From Candidatus Omnitrophota bacterium (GTDB lineage Bacteria > Omnitrophota > Gorgyraeia > Zapsychrales > JAKLDJ01), in assembly GCA_022703585.1 (NCBI GenBank), contig JAKLDJ010000001.1, positions 374,891 to 438,890 of the forward strand: a DNA stretch of 64,000 bases, written 5' to 3'. How positions within the stretch are numbered: the stretch's first letter is position 1; the number at the start of each line of letters is the position of its first letter. Below, in pieces: positions 12,001-27,000 of the stretch. The translations under genes and the position numbers were made by a program. Below the pieces are notes generated by a model. It ran no database searches and was not told the origin of the DNA. It saw only the letters and a program-made list of their open reading frames with translations.

Positions 12001-15000
12001 CTTATAAACATCGTCACCGCTTTGAGTCACTAAAACCGTGACCCGCACCGGCCATTCCTCAAAAACTTCATTAGGCTTATTGACTTTCACCGATTTGGAT
12101 TCTCTAAGCGCCTGCGTAATGCCCTGGATAGATGCTTCCAGGATATTGCCGGCGGAAACCCGTATATATTTAGCCATTCTTAATTTGCTATCCATATCGA
12201 CCCTGTCTAACTGCAGGTAATTTGCATTGGTAAAGCCTAAGACCTCCAACGGGCCGCGCACCGGAGTAGCCGTCATCAGCACTAACGGGGTCGGCGCATC
12301 TTTACCGACCAAGAATCTCTTGATGGAGAAGATATCGGTCATATCGCCTCTCAAGCTGAAATAATGTTTCATGGCTTCGATATTACCCGCTCCCGACTTT
12401 AAAGCCGTCAGGGCGGCTTTGACCGCGCTGCCGTGAATATGGGTGGGCCTCGAATCACCTTCCTGGGCAAGCCGATAATTGAATTTGACCAAATCTTTTT
12501 CGTTTAAGATAAATACCTTGTCGCTGCCGGTCGTGCCGCCTTCGAAACGGACAAGCACATCGCTGTCACTGTTGCTGGTGAAATACCGAATACCTTTTTC
12601 TGTTTCCATGCGATGGGAACTGCCGCTTAAAGCTTCCCTGTAACCGGTTTCGGCATCCATAATATAGGGAACCTTTTCATTCTTTTCTATAACATGGACA
12701 ATGATACCGGTAACCGTTTCACCGTTAGTGTCGGGGAATTCGAATGTCCGGTAGATGTCCCTGGTTTCTTTATCCAGCAGGCTCATGATGGCGACATCAA
12801 CCGCCTCTTCAAATTCTTCGCGGATCCATTTTTCTTCTTTCAAATTCAATCCCGGGACCAGTTTCTGCAGATGAGCCATGATTTCCTTTTTAACCTGTTC
12901 ATTAACAGCTTCTCTGGGGATCGTCGTGCCGTTGGGGTGAGTCGCCTGGCCCCAAACAATAGGTGACGGGCGGTGAGTTGAATCAAGATCAGAGCGTCTG
13001 AGCTCAACCTCTTTTATAACCTCGCGGAATAATCTCATCAAATTCCAGCCGCTCTTAAAGTTGGCATCGGTCAATTGCCGTTCAGGGTCAATGCGAATAG
13101 AATCAATAAGGCCGGGTTCGGTAACGGCAATGTGGGCATCGTCCCAGATAATCCTGTTCTTTCCGTCGTTAACCGAAGGCTTGAATGCGCTCAGATAATC
13201 CTTTGAACCTTTTATTTTTTCGGGGCTCTGGACTGCGGCAGCTGCTACGGCTTGTGTTTCGTTCGTATCGGCACTCACGGCCGCAGCTTCTTCGTTGTGG
13301 CCTTTGGCGATATTAAGGAAGGTCTGCTGAGGCATGACCACGATATCAAAGTCTTGGGTTAAATCAGCCATCTTAACTTCTCTGAGTAACGCCTTGTAGC
13401 TTCCGGCTTGCTTTGCCGTTTCCTCTGCTTCTTTCAAGGACATTTCGGCAACGCCGTCGGCGTAAGTCCAGACAGAGAAATCGTCGAGCACGATACCGAC
13501 CCTAACCGCCGGTTTTCCGTCCGCGAGTTTCACAGCGCTGACGGTTCTTAAGTAGGCGTCATAGACAGCGGCACGCGGCATGTTGGTGATGTCGGGAGCG
13601 AGGATAAGCGATTTGCTCTTGAAAGGCCGGTTTTCCAGGGCTTCCATTAACTGGAATGAAGCGCGGCCGGCTGTGGAAACAAAAGTTTTACCTCTACCGG
13701 TAGGCCACTCAATAACCACTCCGCCAAAGTTCGCGAAGACCATGCCGGTCGCTTCGATTTGTTTTGACTGAAGCTCCAGAGGCCTTTCGGAATCTTCCAT
13801 ATTGGCCCTGGCGTCACGCATGAATTTCACTAACGTTTCTTGCGTGTCATCGCTGACGATTTTTCCGATAATCGCTGATATGGATTTTTTCTCGGATTCG
13901 GGAATATTATTGTTTGTTAAGAATTGCGCCAAAGCCTGTTTCGGAGTTACGTCAGAAAATGCCGCGTAAGCAACCGCCTCACCCAAACATCTTAAAGCGT
14001 ACTGTTCTTTGTAGGTAACAAGCTGCTGCGCGGCCTCATGGATAACAGATTGGTAACCAAACGGCCGAACGGAATCTCTTTCTGCGTCCGTGCGAGTGGC
14101 TGTAAGCGCAACATCATTGCCGCGAGTATACTTCGAGGCCCGGACATCAACAGCCGGGGAGGGGATCCGACCGCGAGCCGAGCCTCTGTTACCAAATAAA
14201 CCTTTCCATAAATCTTTATCAAACAACATGCCCGGGAAAGAGTAGAGCGTGGTAGCGGAGACCTGGACACTGGCGTTGGAGGAGGGGTTTCCAACGTAGG
14301 CCAGGTCTCCATTGTTAAAAAGATTATCAGAGGCCCGGACATCAACAACCGGGGAGGCCCGTCTCGACTCGGCTGATTGTGTAAACGAGCCGAGGCGGAG
14401 GTTCCGATTGGACGCCCGGCCTTTAGAAATAATGACGGATAAATCTTGGGAATTGATGTTATTTTCAGGTAAATTGGAAGGCGTTACAGGAGTTACCAGA
14501 GACAAAGAAGCCCTGCGGGCGATTTCGGCAGAGTTTGTGTGTGCGGATTCAACCGCGAAACTATTTTCTTCTGCTTTGAAATTCCTGGTCTCTTCTACTG
14601 CATTACGAACATCTTCAGCTGACCGTGGCTTTGATGTTGCCGGCTCGGTAGCGGGCTCTTCGTTGACTTCCGTGGCTTTAGCGGTATCCCTTAATAAGAC
14701 ATCGCAGACTACTAAGGCATTACCAGCCTTTGGAAGGCCGGTGACAGGTAATGTCCTACTTAAGGAACCATTTGCCGCTAGAATGTCAAAAGAGCGAACT
14801 ACTAAGCTGTCTTCGCCATCGTTTCCGATGACCGGTCTGGCAGAACCGGAGATCTCTACTGCTTGTCCTTCTATTACCAGGCGCAGACCTCTCGCACCTT
14901 GAACTTTATCGGCTGACTGTCTACGGCTGTTTTTCTGTAAACCATTACCAGCTAAGACATTACCTATAAAGTCTGCTTCTGAGCTTTCGCTCCGTCTTGC

Positions 15001-18000
15001 TAATGCTTTGGCTATATTTGCTACCATAGCTGTGAAGGTGGAAGCACTACCAAACACCCGCACAACTAAGTCCATGGCTTTTTGTCTCGCGCTCTTATTC
15101 AACCCCGTCTGCGACACTGCGAGAGTGCCGGACGGCTTCGTGGAGTTGTCATGGATGCCGCTGGTTAATTTGCTACCGTCTTTTACTTTCAATAGAATTT
15201 CATTCTTAAATCCTTGTTGATTATTAAAGGCAATCTGCGGTGCTTTTACAATATCGGCTGAAGATGCCCCAATCCCCTGTTGATAAGCAACCACGCTCAC
15301 CGGAGCCTTGCTGCTGCCGGAACTTGAACCGTCATTCCCTGTGGGTTGCGGTGATACGGGCATGGAAACAGGCCCGGGAGCTGTCGGAGCAGGCGCTTCT
15401 TTTCTCTTCTGGCTAGGCGTATTATAAGGACTGTCGATAGGACTTTGAGGGAAATCAAACCTGGACTGACGCATTCCATTATCAGTATCGGCAAAAGCGA
15501 GCAGAGGAACATTATCAATGCCTAACCGAGGCTTCGGCATGGCTGTATTTACCCAGCGCGGTTTTGTCCCATTTAAGCTTGCTATCGGCGGCACGGCGAG
15601 AGCAGGCGGCATTGGCGCAGTCATTATTGAAGGCGGCAATATTTGAGTTTCCGGTAAAGCGTTCGGCGCCTGAGGCACAGCGACTGAACCGGATTTTAAT
15701 TCCGGCAGAGGAGGCATAGCCGATCCGGCCCTGATATCAGACAAGGGCTCCGGCTGCGATGGCTGGGCCACAGCAGAAAGATTGCTTACAGTCGGAGCCC
15801 CAATGGTCACTTGGGACGATTGGGTTAGCGGTATTTCTTCTTTAATACGATTGGCCTTTAAGGAAATGTCGCCTTGTCCATTGGCCGGCGTATCTGTACC
15901 GAAAGGAAGGTCCATCCCCAGTTTTGCCGACTCCCGTATTAATTCTGCTAAATACTTTTCTTGCGCTCGCGTAACTTCGACGTAGAACGGCGGGACGGCT
16001 CTTTGGCTGTTATTCAAGGCTGTTGAATCTTGAGATTTCCATGCAGCCTCAAATTCTTGAAGAGTCGTTGCCCAATATTTATGGATGGAATCCACATAAG
16101 GTTCATTCAGCTGGACCTGAAGTTCGGGTTGAATAAACTCCGGCCAGCTCCGGTCTGCTTGCATATCGACGATGCGCGACTGCCATCCCTTTCGCCATTC
16201 AGCGCTTAAATCAGCGGGTGCGGCCACTTTCTTTGACACAATGATCGGAACACGGTGAGGATAATTCTCAACGGCTTTCTTAAGATTATGAACGGCGTCT
16301 TCACCATAAGCCAAATAATCCATGTCAATAACCACGACGCGGGAATTCGGACCGATAGTCCGGCCGTAATTGCGAGCCACATTAACAACATCAAGATCAA
16401 TGACCCCGCGCCTGGCCATCTCAGCTCTCAAGGAAATAATATCATTCTGGAAGTCTTCAATCGCCTTATCATAATTGCGATTAACCGCCGCGCGTTCTTT
16501 TTCGGTCGTTGATTTAGCCAGAGCTGCTTCCCGCTCCTGGTTCATGCGATCTCTGAAATTCGCGAATGTCTCCACTTTTTGCTGAACAAAGACGAACGGA
16601 TATTGATGAATCTTTCTGGGCACATGGCCGCCGCGTATCATCAGTGAGACATCCTCAAGGACAATCGCTCCGGTTAGCTCAGGGCCTAGCCGGTTCTTGA
16701 TAATATCGTATCCTCTGGCAAGTTCGGGTGCTAAAATTTTCTTGCTGTAGAAGTTCAAATCCTCGTGGGGAATTTTGACAACAATATCATAATCGGGGTC
16801 AGCCAAATAGGAACTATTCCCGGGAACGGCACGGTCAATCGCGAATGCCGCAAGCGCCCCACCTTCATCCAAGTAGGTAAAGACGGGCCCCTGCTTGGTA
16901 ACCTGGTATCCTTCTTTCACTGTTTCAATCTTATACCGCACAACATCTACGGCAGCTTTCTCTAAGCCCTGGCTAATAACGGCATGGTCGAGTCCGACTT
17001 TATCTAACATCGGTTGAAAATCTTCCAGCTGGCCAAAGCGGTTTTGCCGTGCCACAATGAGACCAATCAAATCGCTGGGCCGAATATCAATACGCGTTCC
17101 GTTAATAGAAAGGTGCAGCCAAGAACTCTGCCCGTCGCCGGTTTCCTTGTTCGCCGGCAGGGCAACGTCGCCTCTGCTGTTATCAATCGTCGGGTTGGCT
17201 TCGAGAGCCTGGCGCTTGCTCGTCATAGCGATCCTGCTTGACAGGTTATCAGAGGCCTCGGTGAATGCCGGCACAGGCATTCTTTGCGCCAATATTCCCG
17301 ATAACATCCATCGCACCCTATCGACAAGAGAATCATTGTTGCCTGACGGAAGGGCCACGTACTTTTCTGCACGGGTATAATTTATTTCTGCCAGCGGCCT
17401 GCCGGTGTTTGTATTCACAGTCATCCTGCTGGAGGTGGGTTTGTTGGGAGCAGTCACCGGGCGCTGGAAGATTCTGGCTAAGGCATCGGCCATATTCTTT
17501 CCGCCATACCAGCGTTGCGCGCCCGTCGAGCAGCTATCCAGCATGACTTTCCCGTCCGCAGTAAGAACACGGCTTAACCCGGCGCGCTGTAATTTCTTAA
17601 GGACAACCGGCATCGTCAGCACGTCCGTCTCTTTGGGCCCGAACTGAATAGACCCCCTTGTCCCGTGGCCGGCGATAACAACCAGAGAGGCAGGCTGGTA
17701 TCTTGCCGGATCCTCTAAATTCGTGGCGTCTTTTAAGGCAGAAACCATCTCATCCGGAGTAGAAGCCTCATAATACAAAACACGGTAATGCTTTGTCAGC
17801 GCTGTGGCATTGGTGGGATTCAAAAGGGCATTGTTGTGATCTGATTTTGGATAGACCACAACCGCCAACGGACGCGTGTCATCCACCTTGCCGAGGCGAT
17901 GCAACAGCCTGTTTTTTACCAATTCTTGGCCGGCGTTGCCCCGAAGAGCCACTGTTCGAATAATGTTAAGATCCGGTACGCGATAGTAATTGGTCACCAT

Positions 18001-21000
18001 CTTGGGGAAGCTTTGTTCGCTGACGGGTTTTCCGGCAAGTTCGAAAATCGGAAGGGCTATTTTCTCGCGCAGATCCCTTACCATTTTCTTATCCGTCCGG
18101 CGTCCGTCTTCTTTGGCTAAATTCTCAAATTGAGCTATTAAATTTGAAATTTCTTTTTGTGCAGCCCTTATCCTGGCTGCCCGCGGCGAAGGTTCTGCCA
18201 TCGAGGGCGCTTTCAGAATAAACTGCCAGGCAGCCCTGGGAGAATAATGCCTGCCATGGCTTGCCAACTTTTCGATAACCGGCAGGGAAAGATTTTCCAT
18301 CCTAAAGGCCGGCATGTCAAAGGCGGCAAGAATTCCTGCGGCATCCATATTTCCCTTCAAGACTTCTTGCTCTAAAACAGATTTGGTTTCGGCGGCATAA
18401 TCAGGTACGGTAGCCGCTATCCAGGCAAGGGCTTTGGATACTCCCGGTTTATTGACATGATTCTTTAATACGGCAGTAGCTATCCGGGCAAGGGCCTGCG
18501 CCACTCCCGGCTTATCAAGCTCATTGGTTATTTGGACAAGGGCCCAGGGCGCTGCCGGTTGATCGATATGGCTCTTTAATACGGAATAAAGCTGTTTGGT
18601 AAACTGGGGTGTCATATCCCGGGCGGTCATAACAAAAGCCTGGGGCTTGCCCTTTTTCTTAGGTAACGCTCCGACGAGAGCTTCTGCGGCCTCCATGTTC
18701 CCTTTGACAGCTTCTTGTTTCAAAATAGATTTGGTTTCATCGGCATAATCAGGCACGACAGTGGCCATCCAGGCAAGAGCCTGAAGAACTCCCGGCCAGT
18801 CAATATTTTTCTTCAGCATAGAATAAACTTGTTTAGTAAAATACGGCGGCATATCCGTAATTGTCCTGGCAAGGGCACCGGCGGCATGCTTGTTAATAGC
18901 TATCTGACTCTCTAGCGCGGAAATAATCCGGTCGGTAATCTTCGGATTGCCACGAACCATAGCCACGAGGGCATCCGGTGTATAAATATTGTGCGGATTA
19001 TCTCTCGCGATCTCATCAAGCGTCGTAATGGCTTGCTCTGTGAACTCCGGATTCACTTTTGAGAAATCAACTAATGCCCGAGAAGTACGATACCCCGCGT
19101 TATTTTTGGCGCTCTCAATCAAGGCCGTTGCTACTTGAGGAGTTAAGCCGGGATTTGTCAACGATATCGTCCAAAGTTCCTGCATGGTCTGGGTAAAATC
19201 GGCATCGTAACTATTATCGTCACCGCTATCGGACAACATACCCTGAAGCTCTCGAATTCTATCATCGGTAACGGGCCTCGCCTGAGCCGGCTGACCGGGC
19301 ATTGGTAACGGTCGGATGCTCTTTATATTTTCAAGAGGGAAACCATAAGCTAAAGCATTATACCTGGTGTCCAGGCTAATTTTATCCCTGCCTACGACGG
19401 CCGTTTTACCATCAATAGATACTATCGTAGTTCCGGGTTCTAGCCGTGCGAGTTGTTCAGACGTAAGAAGAAGTACATCTCTACGGATGCGGGCTCCGCC
19501 GTTTAACAGAGATTCAATATTAACTGCCAAGTGCTGTTGGGGTTCTGCCTGGGCCAGCAGGCTGGTACCGGCGACTTTCGTTGTCGACGGTATCGGGCTG
19601 CGGTCGGCTTTCAGGGCAACGTCGCGATTATTATCAGCGGTCAGGTTGGTGTCGGAAACTTCCTGAAGCTTTAATTCTGCCATCGGCGCGGTGGCCATTG
19701 CCTGCACGCTGACAGGCTTTGCCATCTCGGACGTACGAACCATTTTAGAACCGGCTGCCGCTTCCATCACTTTGACGGCCGGTGCTGCGGCGGCCGACTC
19801 TATCGGGCCGGAACCAAGAAGCATTCCGCTTTGGGGTGTGTTTCTCCTGGAAAGTACTGCACGAGCTATGCGTGCGACGGCAGGCCTCGACATCACCGCA
19901 GAACTCGGGGCAAAACCAGCTCTTGTCCACCATGTCCAGTGATTCAAAAGTAAGTCGCCATTGTTCCGAATGGCCATGAACTGAGCGTTGGCTATGCGCC
20001 AAATCTCATCTTCGCTAAGTCCAGCCTTCTTAAGTTGAGGCTCTAAAGCATGTTTCACTCGGTCAGGATGAAGGGCTTTTAAATAATCCCGGACCCGTGT
20101 CTTTACTTGCGCTTGAGACAAGGCAATGGCCGGCCCTCGCGGGTCATAAATTCCGAAATAGTCGAGGATATACGGATGGAACTTCTTGTGGGTAAATGCA
20201 AACACGTTCGACAACCCATGGTCTTTGATGGCTGAAGACAATAAACCGGTACCCGTGCTCTTACGACGCAACTCCGATACTTTTATTTCCCCTTTCTTCA
20301 ATAAAAGAGCATACAGGACCCCGCTAACAAACTTTCGGTCACGCAGATATGTTTTAAGAATATCCGGCGGAACCTTTAATGCAGCCTCTAATTCTTTGAG
20401 CGTTGGGGTATCGGGATGGTCCACCAGATACGAGGTCAAGGCGCTATTAAGCGGTTGGCCTGTCCGTTTCTTGAAATCCGCCTCTGTACGAACTTGTTTG
20501 AGGAAAAGTCTGCGGTTAGCGTCCTCATTGAACACTTCGAAATACTTGCTGATTGTTGACTGACTAACGCCTTGGTTCTTCGCTATCTGCGTCTGGATGC
20601 CATCACCTTGCTTAATCCATTGCGCCATCTTATAATGGCCGGGATAATCAAACGACGGTTTATGCAACTGCCCACGGGCGCGGTCAAATTCTGCCTGACG
20701 CTGCCGCGGATCGCCGTCGATATACCGCTTTATATATCGTCTGGCTGCGGTTTCGCTAACGCCTCGGGCCTTGGCAATTTCTGCGGTACTCGCACGAGTT
20801 GAAGCAATCAGTCCGCTCATGATGCTATCGCCGGGATAACGGTCACCCTTCAAGCCAACTTCTTGTTGTCGCGCCTTTGATGCCGTAGCAACCAGAGCGG
20901 CGTATTTTCCGGTAGGATCACCGCCATTGTTGCGCAAATTTCTAACCCAGTCTACGGCCGTCGAGTAACTTACATCCGCCTCAGCGGCAAGAACGCGCAA

Positions 21001-24000
21001 ATCTCCATCGACCCTGTCTAAGGACGCACGCAGCCATTCATCGCCGCCATATTTCTTGTTTGCCGGTTCTCGCTGATTGGTGCGGTCAGCCTTTAAGGCA
21101 ATGTCGCCTGCTAACGCCGCGCTCGCCGCCAAATCACCGCCAGGCAACCGGCTTTCGCCCTTTAATAATCCACCACTTTCTAATAAACCGTCGCCGGCTA
21201 AGGATGGGACACTGTCAGCCAAAGGTGCTTCTTGTTCCAAGGCATAAAGATCGCGGCGGGTTTGGTCGGCCCTTAGAGCTTGTTCCTTCATCTGGCCCGG
21301 AACATCCTGGCCAAGGTTGCCTCTAGCCATCGGCGGCAATAACAATCCGGGAACAAAAGGAACGCTGCCGGGGAAGGATTGCTGCATCGGCGCCGGTAAG
21401 GCACCCCCGAGATTAGATGTTTCTGCCGGAATATTGGCCTGGCCTATTGCCGGAGCCGAGGGCAGGGCAAAAGTTTCTACATCAACTCTGGCTACTTCCG
21501 CGATACGCCGGGCATTTTCATCGGACGGCAATAAGTCACCTTTCCCGAAGAGAACAACGCCGCCGGAGAGAATAGTTTTAACGTCTTCACCTTTTAGTTC
21601 TTCCAGTTTGACATTACCGCTATCATCTAAAGAAACCCGCGAGAAGATATTGATCTCTCGTTGGATCGGACCTTGTTCTGTCTGGACATCGGTAAAACCT
21701 TTTTTTGCAATAAAGACATTGCGGTCATATCTTTTCTGGATACGTTCGCGGGCCGCCTGTCTTAAATCCGTATCGCGGTCGACGGGAACAAGTTGAACCG
21801 CCGGTAAGCTCGCGAGAATTGTCCGCATATCGCGCTCTATGCGAACATTTTCGGAATGGGTTCTTTTCGTATTCGCACGGCTGATGGCTTCGTGCAAGAT
21901 GGCACTGGCCATTCTTGCCTCGTACGATGCCTGGGCGAGGAGGGGTTGGCCTACCGCCTCAAAATGGGTTTTGGCATTGGCGGCTGTACGTGTGATATAG
22001 ATGTTGTCCAGATTCTTCCCTGCGCCGCCCGCATGGGCTCCCATGAGCGTATCTTCCGCTTCCATCTGATACATAAAGCGGGCCAATTCGACAGGAGTCA
22101 ACTTCTCCTGACGGTCTTGAGCTGAAAGGCTTTGCATGGCCTGCTCGCTGACAAGATTGCGGCGTAAAAGCGCCTCGGTTCTCTCAAGGATAGCGTCCTG
22201 GTCCAGCTCAGAGAGGAAGAAGATGTGCCCTCCCTTATTAGCCGGGTCAATCTGCATCTGGATGATCCTGGCTGCTTCAAGCGCTTCCTGCCTTAATTGT
22301 ACGGACTCCTGGTCATCAAGCCCTTCTAAGGCGTCAGCAACTCTGTAAGCCATTTCCAGGTCCGCTTTGGCAGCCTGCAATTCTTCAAAACCGGTTTGTC
22401 CTGCCTTAATATCCGTAGTCGCCTTTACTGAGCGGCCGGTGGTGTTGACCTCCTGGCGAATAATGCCGTTCTCGACAATCCTGCTGAAGATTTCGTCAAA
22501 TCTCCGGCTGGGGATTTCCATGGCTTTCGCAAAAGCTTCCCGGCCTACGGTAACGGAAACAATTTCTTGGCTGGCACTGCCGCCGGGCAAACCTAATCCC
22601 TTTAACAAATCGCCCCGGCCTTCGATAGTGTATTGAACAGGATCACCGACTTCTTTGGTGGCATCCGTAATCTGATAAGTTTGCTCAACGATTTTTATAT
22701 CGTCGCTAAATCCTGTAAGAAAAGGCGCGGTAAACTGATGCGTGGCCGAATCAACCGGCACCAGGGTTCCGGCATAATGAACAGCCTTGACTTTGGCCGG
22801 ATCGGCATTGCCAACATCAGCAATACTGACGACATAGCCATGCTCAGTTATTCTATCGCCTGTTTTTACGCCCAAGAGATCCTGCTCTTGTATGCCCTGA
22901 GGAAGTTCGCCGATTTCGCGGTGCAACAGACTGTGAGTTCCTGCTGTCGTATCGACGCTGTACACTTCCCGGACAGGAATCGATATTTGCGAATCATTTT
23001 CATGCGTAACGATTGCCACGCTGCCCTGCAATGAAAACCGGCTGTTGTCCTTTATGGCAGCCGTGACAAATCCGCCTTCTTGCAAAGGAACCGCGATAGC
23101 CACGGGGTTTTTATCGTTATCTTTATTATAAATAAATCCGAATTGGGGAATGAGCCCTAAGGGAACAGATCCGTTACTAGGAACGAACATCTGATTGGGT
23201 CCGAGTTGGATACCGGCACCGGGATTCTGAAGTTCGGAAGAAGGTAGCGTGCCCGGGATGACGACAAAAAACGGATTTTCACTTCTATAACTTTTTATTT
23301 CAGGGCCATTGGCGCCGTTGATTGCGGTTGTTACGATAACCTTCGGCGGCGCTCGGGAGGCTACGAGTCCCTGATCTGCGGCCACCACGGGTTTAACAAC
23401 CTCCGCAGTAACAACGCGCTCGACGAGCATCTGGCCTTCCCGGAAACCGGGAGAATACGTCGGCACCATATCTTTAGATAATCTGGCATTAACCGCCTGT
23501 TCAAATTCTTTCGGGGTTTGAGCTTCCTGGACAGATATTCCTTTAGATAAATCTCCGGACTCAGCAGTTAAGGTAATGCGGATATCCTGCTCGCCTCGCA
23601 TAATGCTTTCAACTTCTGCCCGAGTCCTGGGACTTAATTCCCTAAGTTGTTCCGGGTGCATGCGGAAATGTTCTCGGATAACTCTATTGGCCGAATTAAC
23701 GGTTTCCTCGATCGCTGATTCTATAGTTTTCTTGGCTTCTTTAGCCGGCTCAGCAAGACTGCTATGGCGAAGGGCGTGATTCGATTGCGCAATCTTATCT
23801 CTAATCTGTTGAAGTGCGCCCCGTTCCGCATCCGTTGCCGCATCGGCTTCCCATCTTTCTTGACGCATAATTCCTTGTCTTTGGCCGTACTCGAATGTGG
23901 CTTGAGCGGTTGCAGTCCGATCGAAGCTGCGCTGAACCGGGCCCTCCATGTGCTCAATATACTTTGCGGGATCCGAGAAATTAACAACATCCAACGCGAT

Positions 24001-27000
24001 AATTTTTCTGGGAATAAGTTCGGGGTGCGCATAATCAGCTTTGGCCCCTTGCTCCCGAATAGGCGCTCTACCTCTGATTAAAGCTTGGCTGGCAAGTTTT
24101 CCGCGTGTAAATTCATTGGTAATAACAATTAAGGTGTCTTTGGGATGCGTTTTAAGGCCCAACATGTCAACGGTATCGCCCATGGCGCGCGGTTGGCTTA
24201 AAAGAACGGTCCATTTTGTATCGGGGTTCTGCATTCCGAGATCAAACTCTTCCTGAGTCAGCGGCCTTTTATTGGATTCCGTAACAGGCTTCGAAGGGTC
24301 GCGCAATATAAATCTTTCGCTTCCGCTAGGCCCTTCTAAGGCACCCAAGACAACCATGTCCGTCCCCTTGGATACAGCGTATCGACGGGCGGCATCCTGC
24401 ACTTCAAGGGCAGTGTGCCCTTCTCGACCGGCGGCATCAACAAAAACCGCTCTTCCGCCAACAGCCATTTCGCTGGCGGTTTCCTGAAATCCCGAATTCA
24501 AAGAAATTGCCTTTCCGTCTCTTGACCTTAAGGCTGTATCGCGACCGACATCAAATCCGGGAACCTCTCGTATGCCGGCCATCCTGCTTTCCGGAACTAA
24601 GAGCTCACCGCCGCGTAATGCTAATTCTGCTTGCCCGCTAAGGTCGCTTAAATCATTACCGGTCGCGTCTATTCTTCTTGTGGTGAAACCGCGTTCGCTA
24701 AATTTCGACCAGAAATCTTCAACCCGGACTCGATCGACAGAAGTGCCGACAAAGATCGGCCCCTGCCTGCTAACGCGTATACCATTTTCTCTCGCAATGA
24801 TACGGGTTATGGCATCCTGGACCGCGGCTTTATACGGATCCGCCATAACCACGGCCGGAGAAGCCGCGCCGTCAAGGTCTGTGGTCAGAACTCTGTCACC
24901 CTGCAAATGACCGGTCGGCTTTGCCGCTTCTTCTACCGCGGATACAAAACGGGCGAATTCAGCCTGTTTCTCTCCGCGTGCCCTGGCTTCAGTTTCTACC
25001 CCCAACTTGCCCAGGACCTGATCCACTAATTGAGGGCTGGCCGATGCCGTTCCATCTTCTCCATAAATAATCTTGCCTTCTTTTCTAGCTGTCCAGGCAA
25101 GCTCTGCCGCTTCATAGACTCCTTTGGGACTGGCTATTTCCTGTTGATTCCCGCCCCGTTGCATAGGCACCTGATAGGGTTTAAACTCGGCATCATATTG
25201 CCAGGCAATTCCTTTGCTCTTGGCGTACAATGCGTCCCAAATTGCGTCTGATTCGCTTAAACGAAACGCTTCAGCTTGTTTCGCAGTCAACATCAAAACA
25301 TCGGTCCTGGCAATCAAGTCGAGCTTGTCTGCTTCCGTTAAATCACTGTTCCAACGCTCGACTACAGCTTCGCCTTCCAACATTTTCTTGATTTCGGGCA
25401 TGCTTCTGTCTATGGCCCCTGCGTTATCTATAACAAAGGCCATGCCGCCTTCGCTAACGGCCTGTTTTCCAACCAAGGCAACACCCAACGTACTCTTGGA
25501 ACCGCCTTTAGCAATGTTTGCTAAGACTCTCGTGGTACTACGAGCGCGTTCGATAGCTCTTGTTAATAACTGCAATCCTTCCTTTTGACCTATATCTTTT
25601 GCGTCGGGAGAGCCGTAACCTTTTTTCAAAAACTTGGGTATGTCAGGATGAAAACCTGCGCCCTGCACGCTGAGATCTTCCCCTCCGCTCGTCATCAATT
25701 CCGCTACCTTCGCTGCCGACGGGCCGTCGCTGCCGATGACAGGTCTCGCCTTGCTGTCGACACGGGCTAAACGGTCTTCACTGCGACGCTCGCGGATGCG
25801 CTCGGAAACTCTGTCCGAAGCCTTGCGGCCAAGCTCTCTCAAGCCTCTGGCTGCGCCGGCGACTGTTCGCCCTAATTCACCTAATGTCTCTGCGTCCAAA
25901 GGTACCCCGGAATAAAGAGTGACGTCGCCGGAATTACGCCGAACTTTGGGTTTAGCCATCGGCGATTCGGTTGTCGACCGTGTCGCAGGTTTGGCCAAAC
26001 GGCTATCGCCTTCGCCGGATAATCCGCGGTTTCTATTCTTTGCCCCTAAAAATATCCCGAGTCCCAACAGACCGGTTAAGACAGGCAGGCTTGCATCACT
26101 AAGAGGACTTCCGGGTAACGGGGCGGGCGCAGCCGGGGCCTTGGGAGTATCTTGTACCGTAGCAGGTAGCGGAGATGATGCTAAAGTCACAGCCTCTACT
26201 ACCGCGCTTGCTGGCTTTTGAGCGGGAGTTGCAGCGATAGCCTCCGTGGGTTGAGCTGTTTTCCTGGTAGCCGCATCCGCTTTGAAATTACTCGCGATGG
26301 TCCGCATGGCCTCCTGACGCGCTCCGGGAGAATTCCATTTTCGGGCGGTTTCAATCATATCTTCGGTGATGCCGGCCGGAATATTATTCTTAGCCCTGAA
26401 TGCATCAAAACTACCGCCCAAGAAACTATTAGCATGATCAAAGGCCATTCTTAGGCCAAGTGCTTTGCCATAATCAGAATCTTTGCCTTCCAGTTCGCCA
26501 ATCTTTTCTCCTAAGTGATAGAGTGTGGCCATGATTAATTCATTGCTCAGGTCTCCTCTATGATCAGCATTAATGGCAAAATATAAATCCTTTCCGTCCC
26601 GAGCAACCCTCACATGTTCATCCGGATTCGGGCTTTTAAACCACCCCGCAAACCAGGTAGAATCTTTATACTGATCCAATTCCTTATCCCAGCCTAATGC
26701 GGTTTTGACTTTATAGTCTAAGTATAATGTTCTATTGGAAAGTGTTGCATCGTAACTTGCCCCGCTACTGTCAGGCAGTAACAGTGACAACTGCTCTATG
26801 GCTGATCTTGAAATATTACGCTCAACGCGGTCAATCCACATATTGCGATTTAAATCGACCGATACCCCGCCATCAGCAGGTGAAATAACGTACCGGGCAT
26901 AATCACTCGGCATGTTGCGGTCTGCCCGTGCTCCTATTTGGGCCCAATTTTCATGCCGGGACATACCCACCACAGCTTGTTTGAAATATTCGGCATTAAG

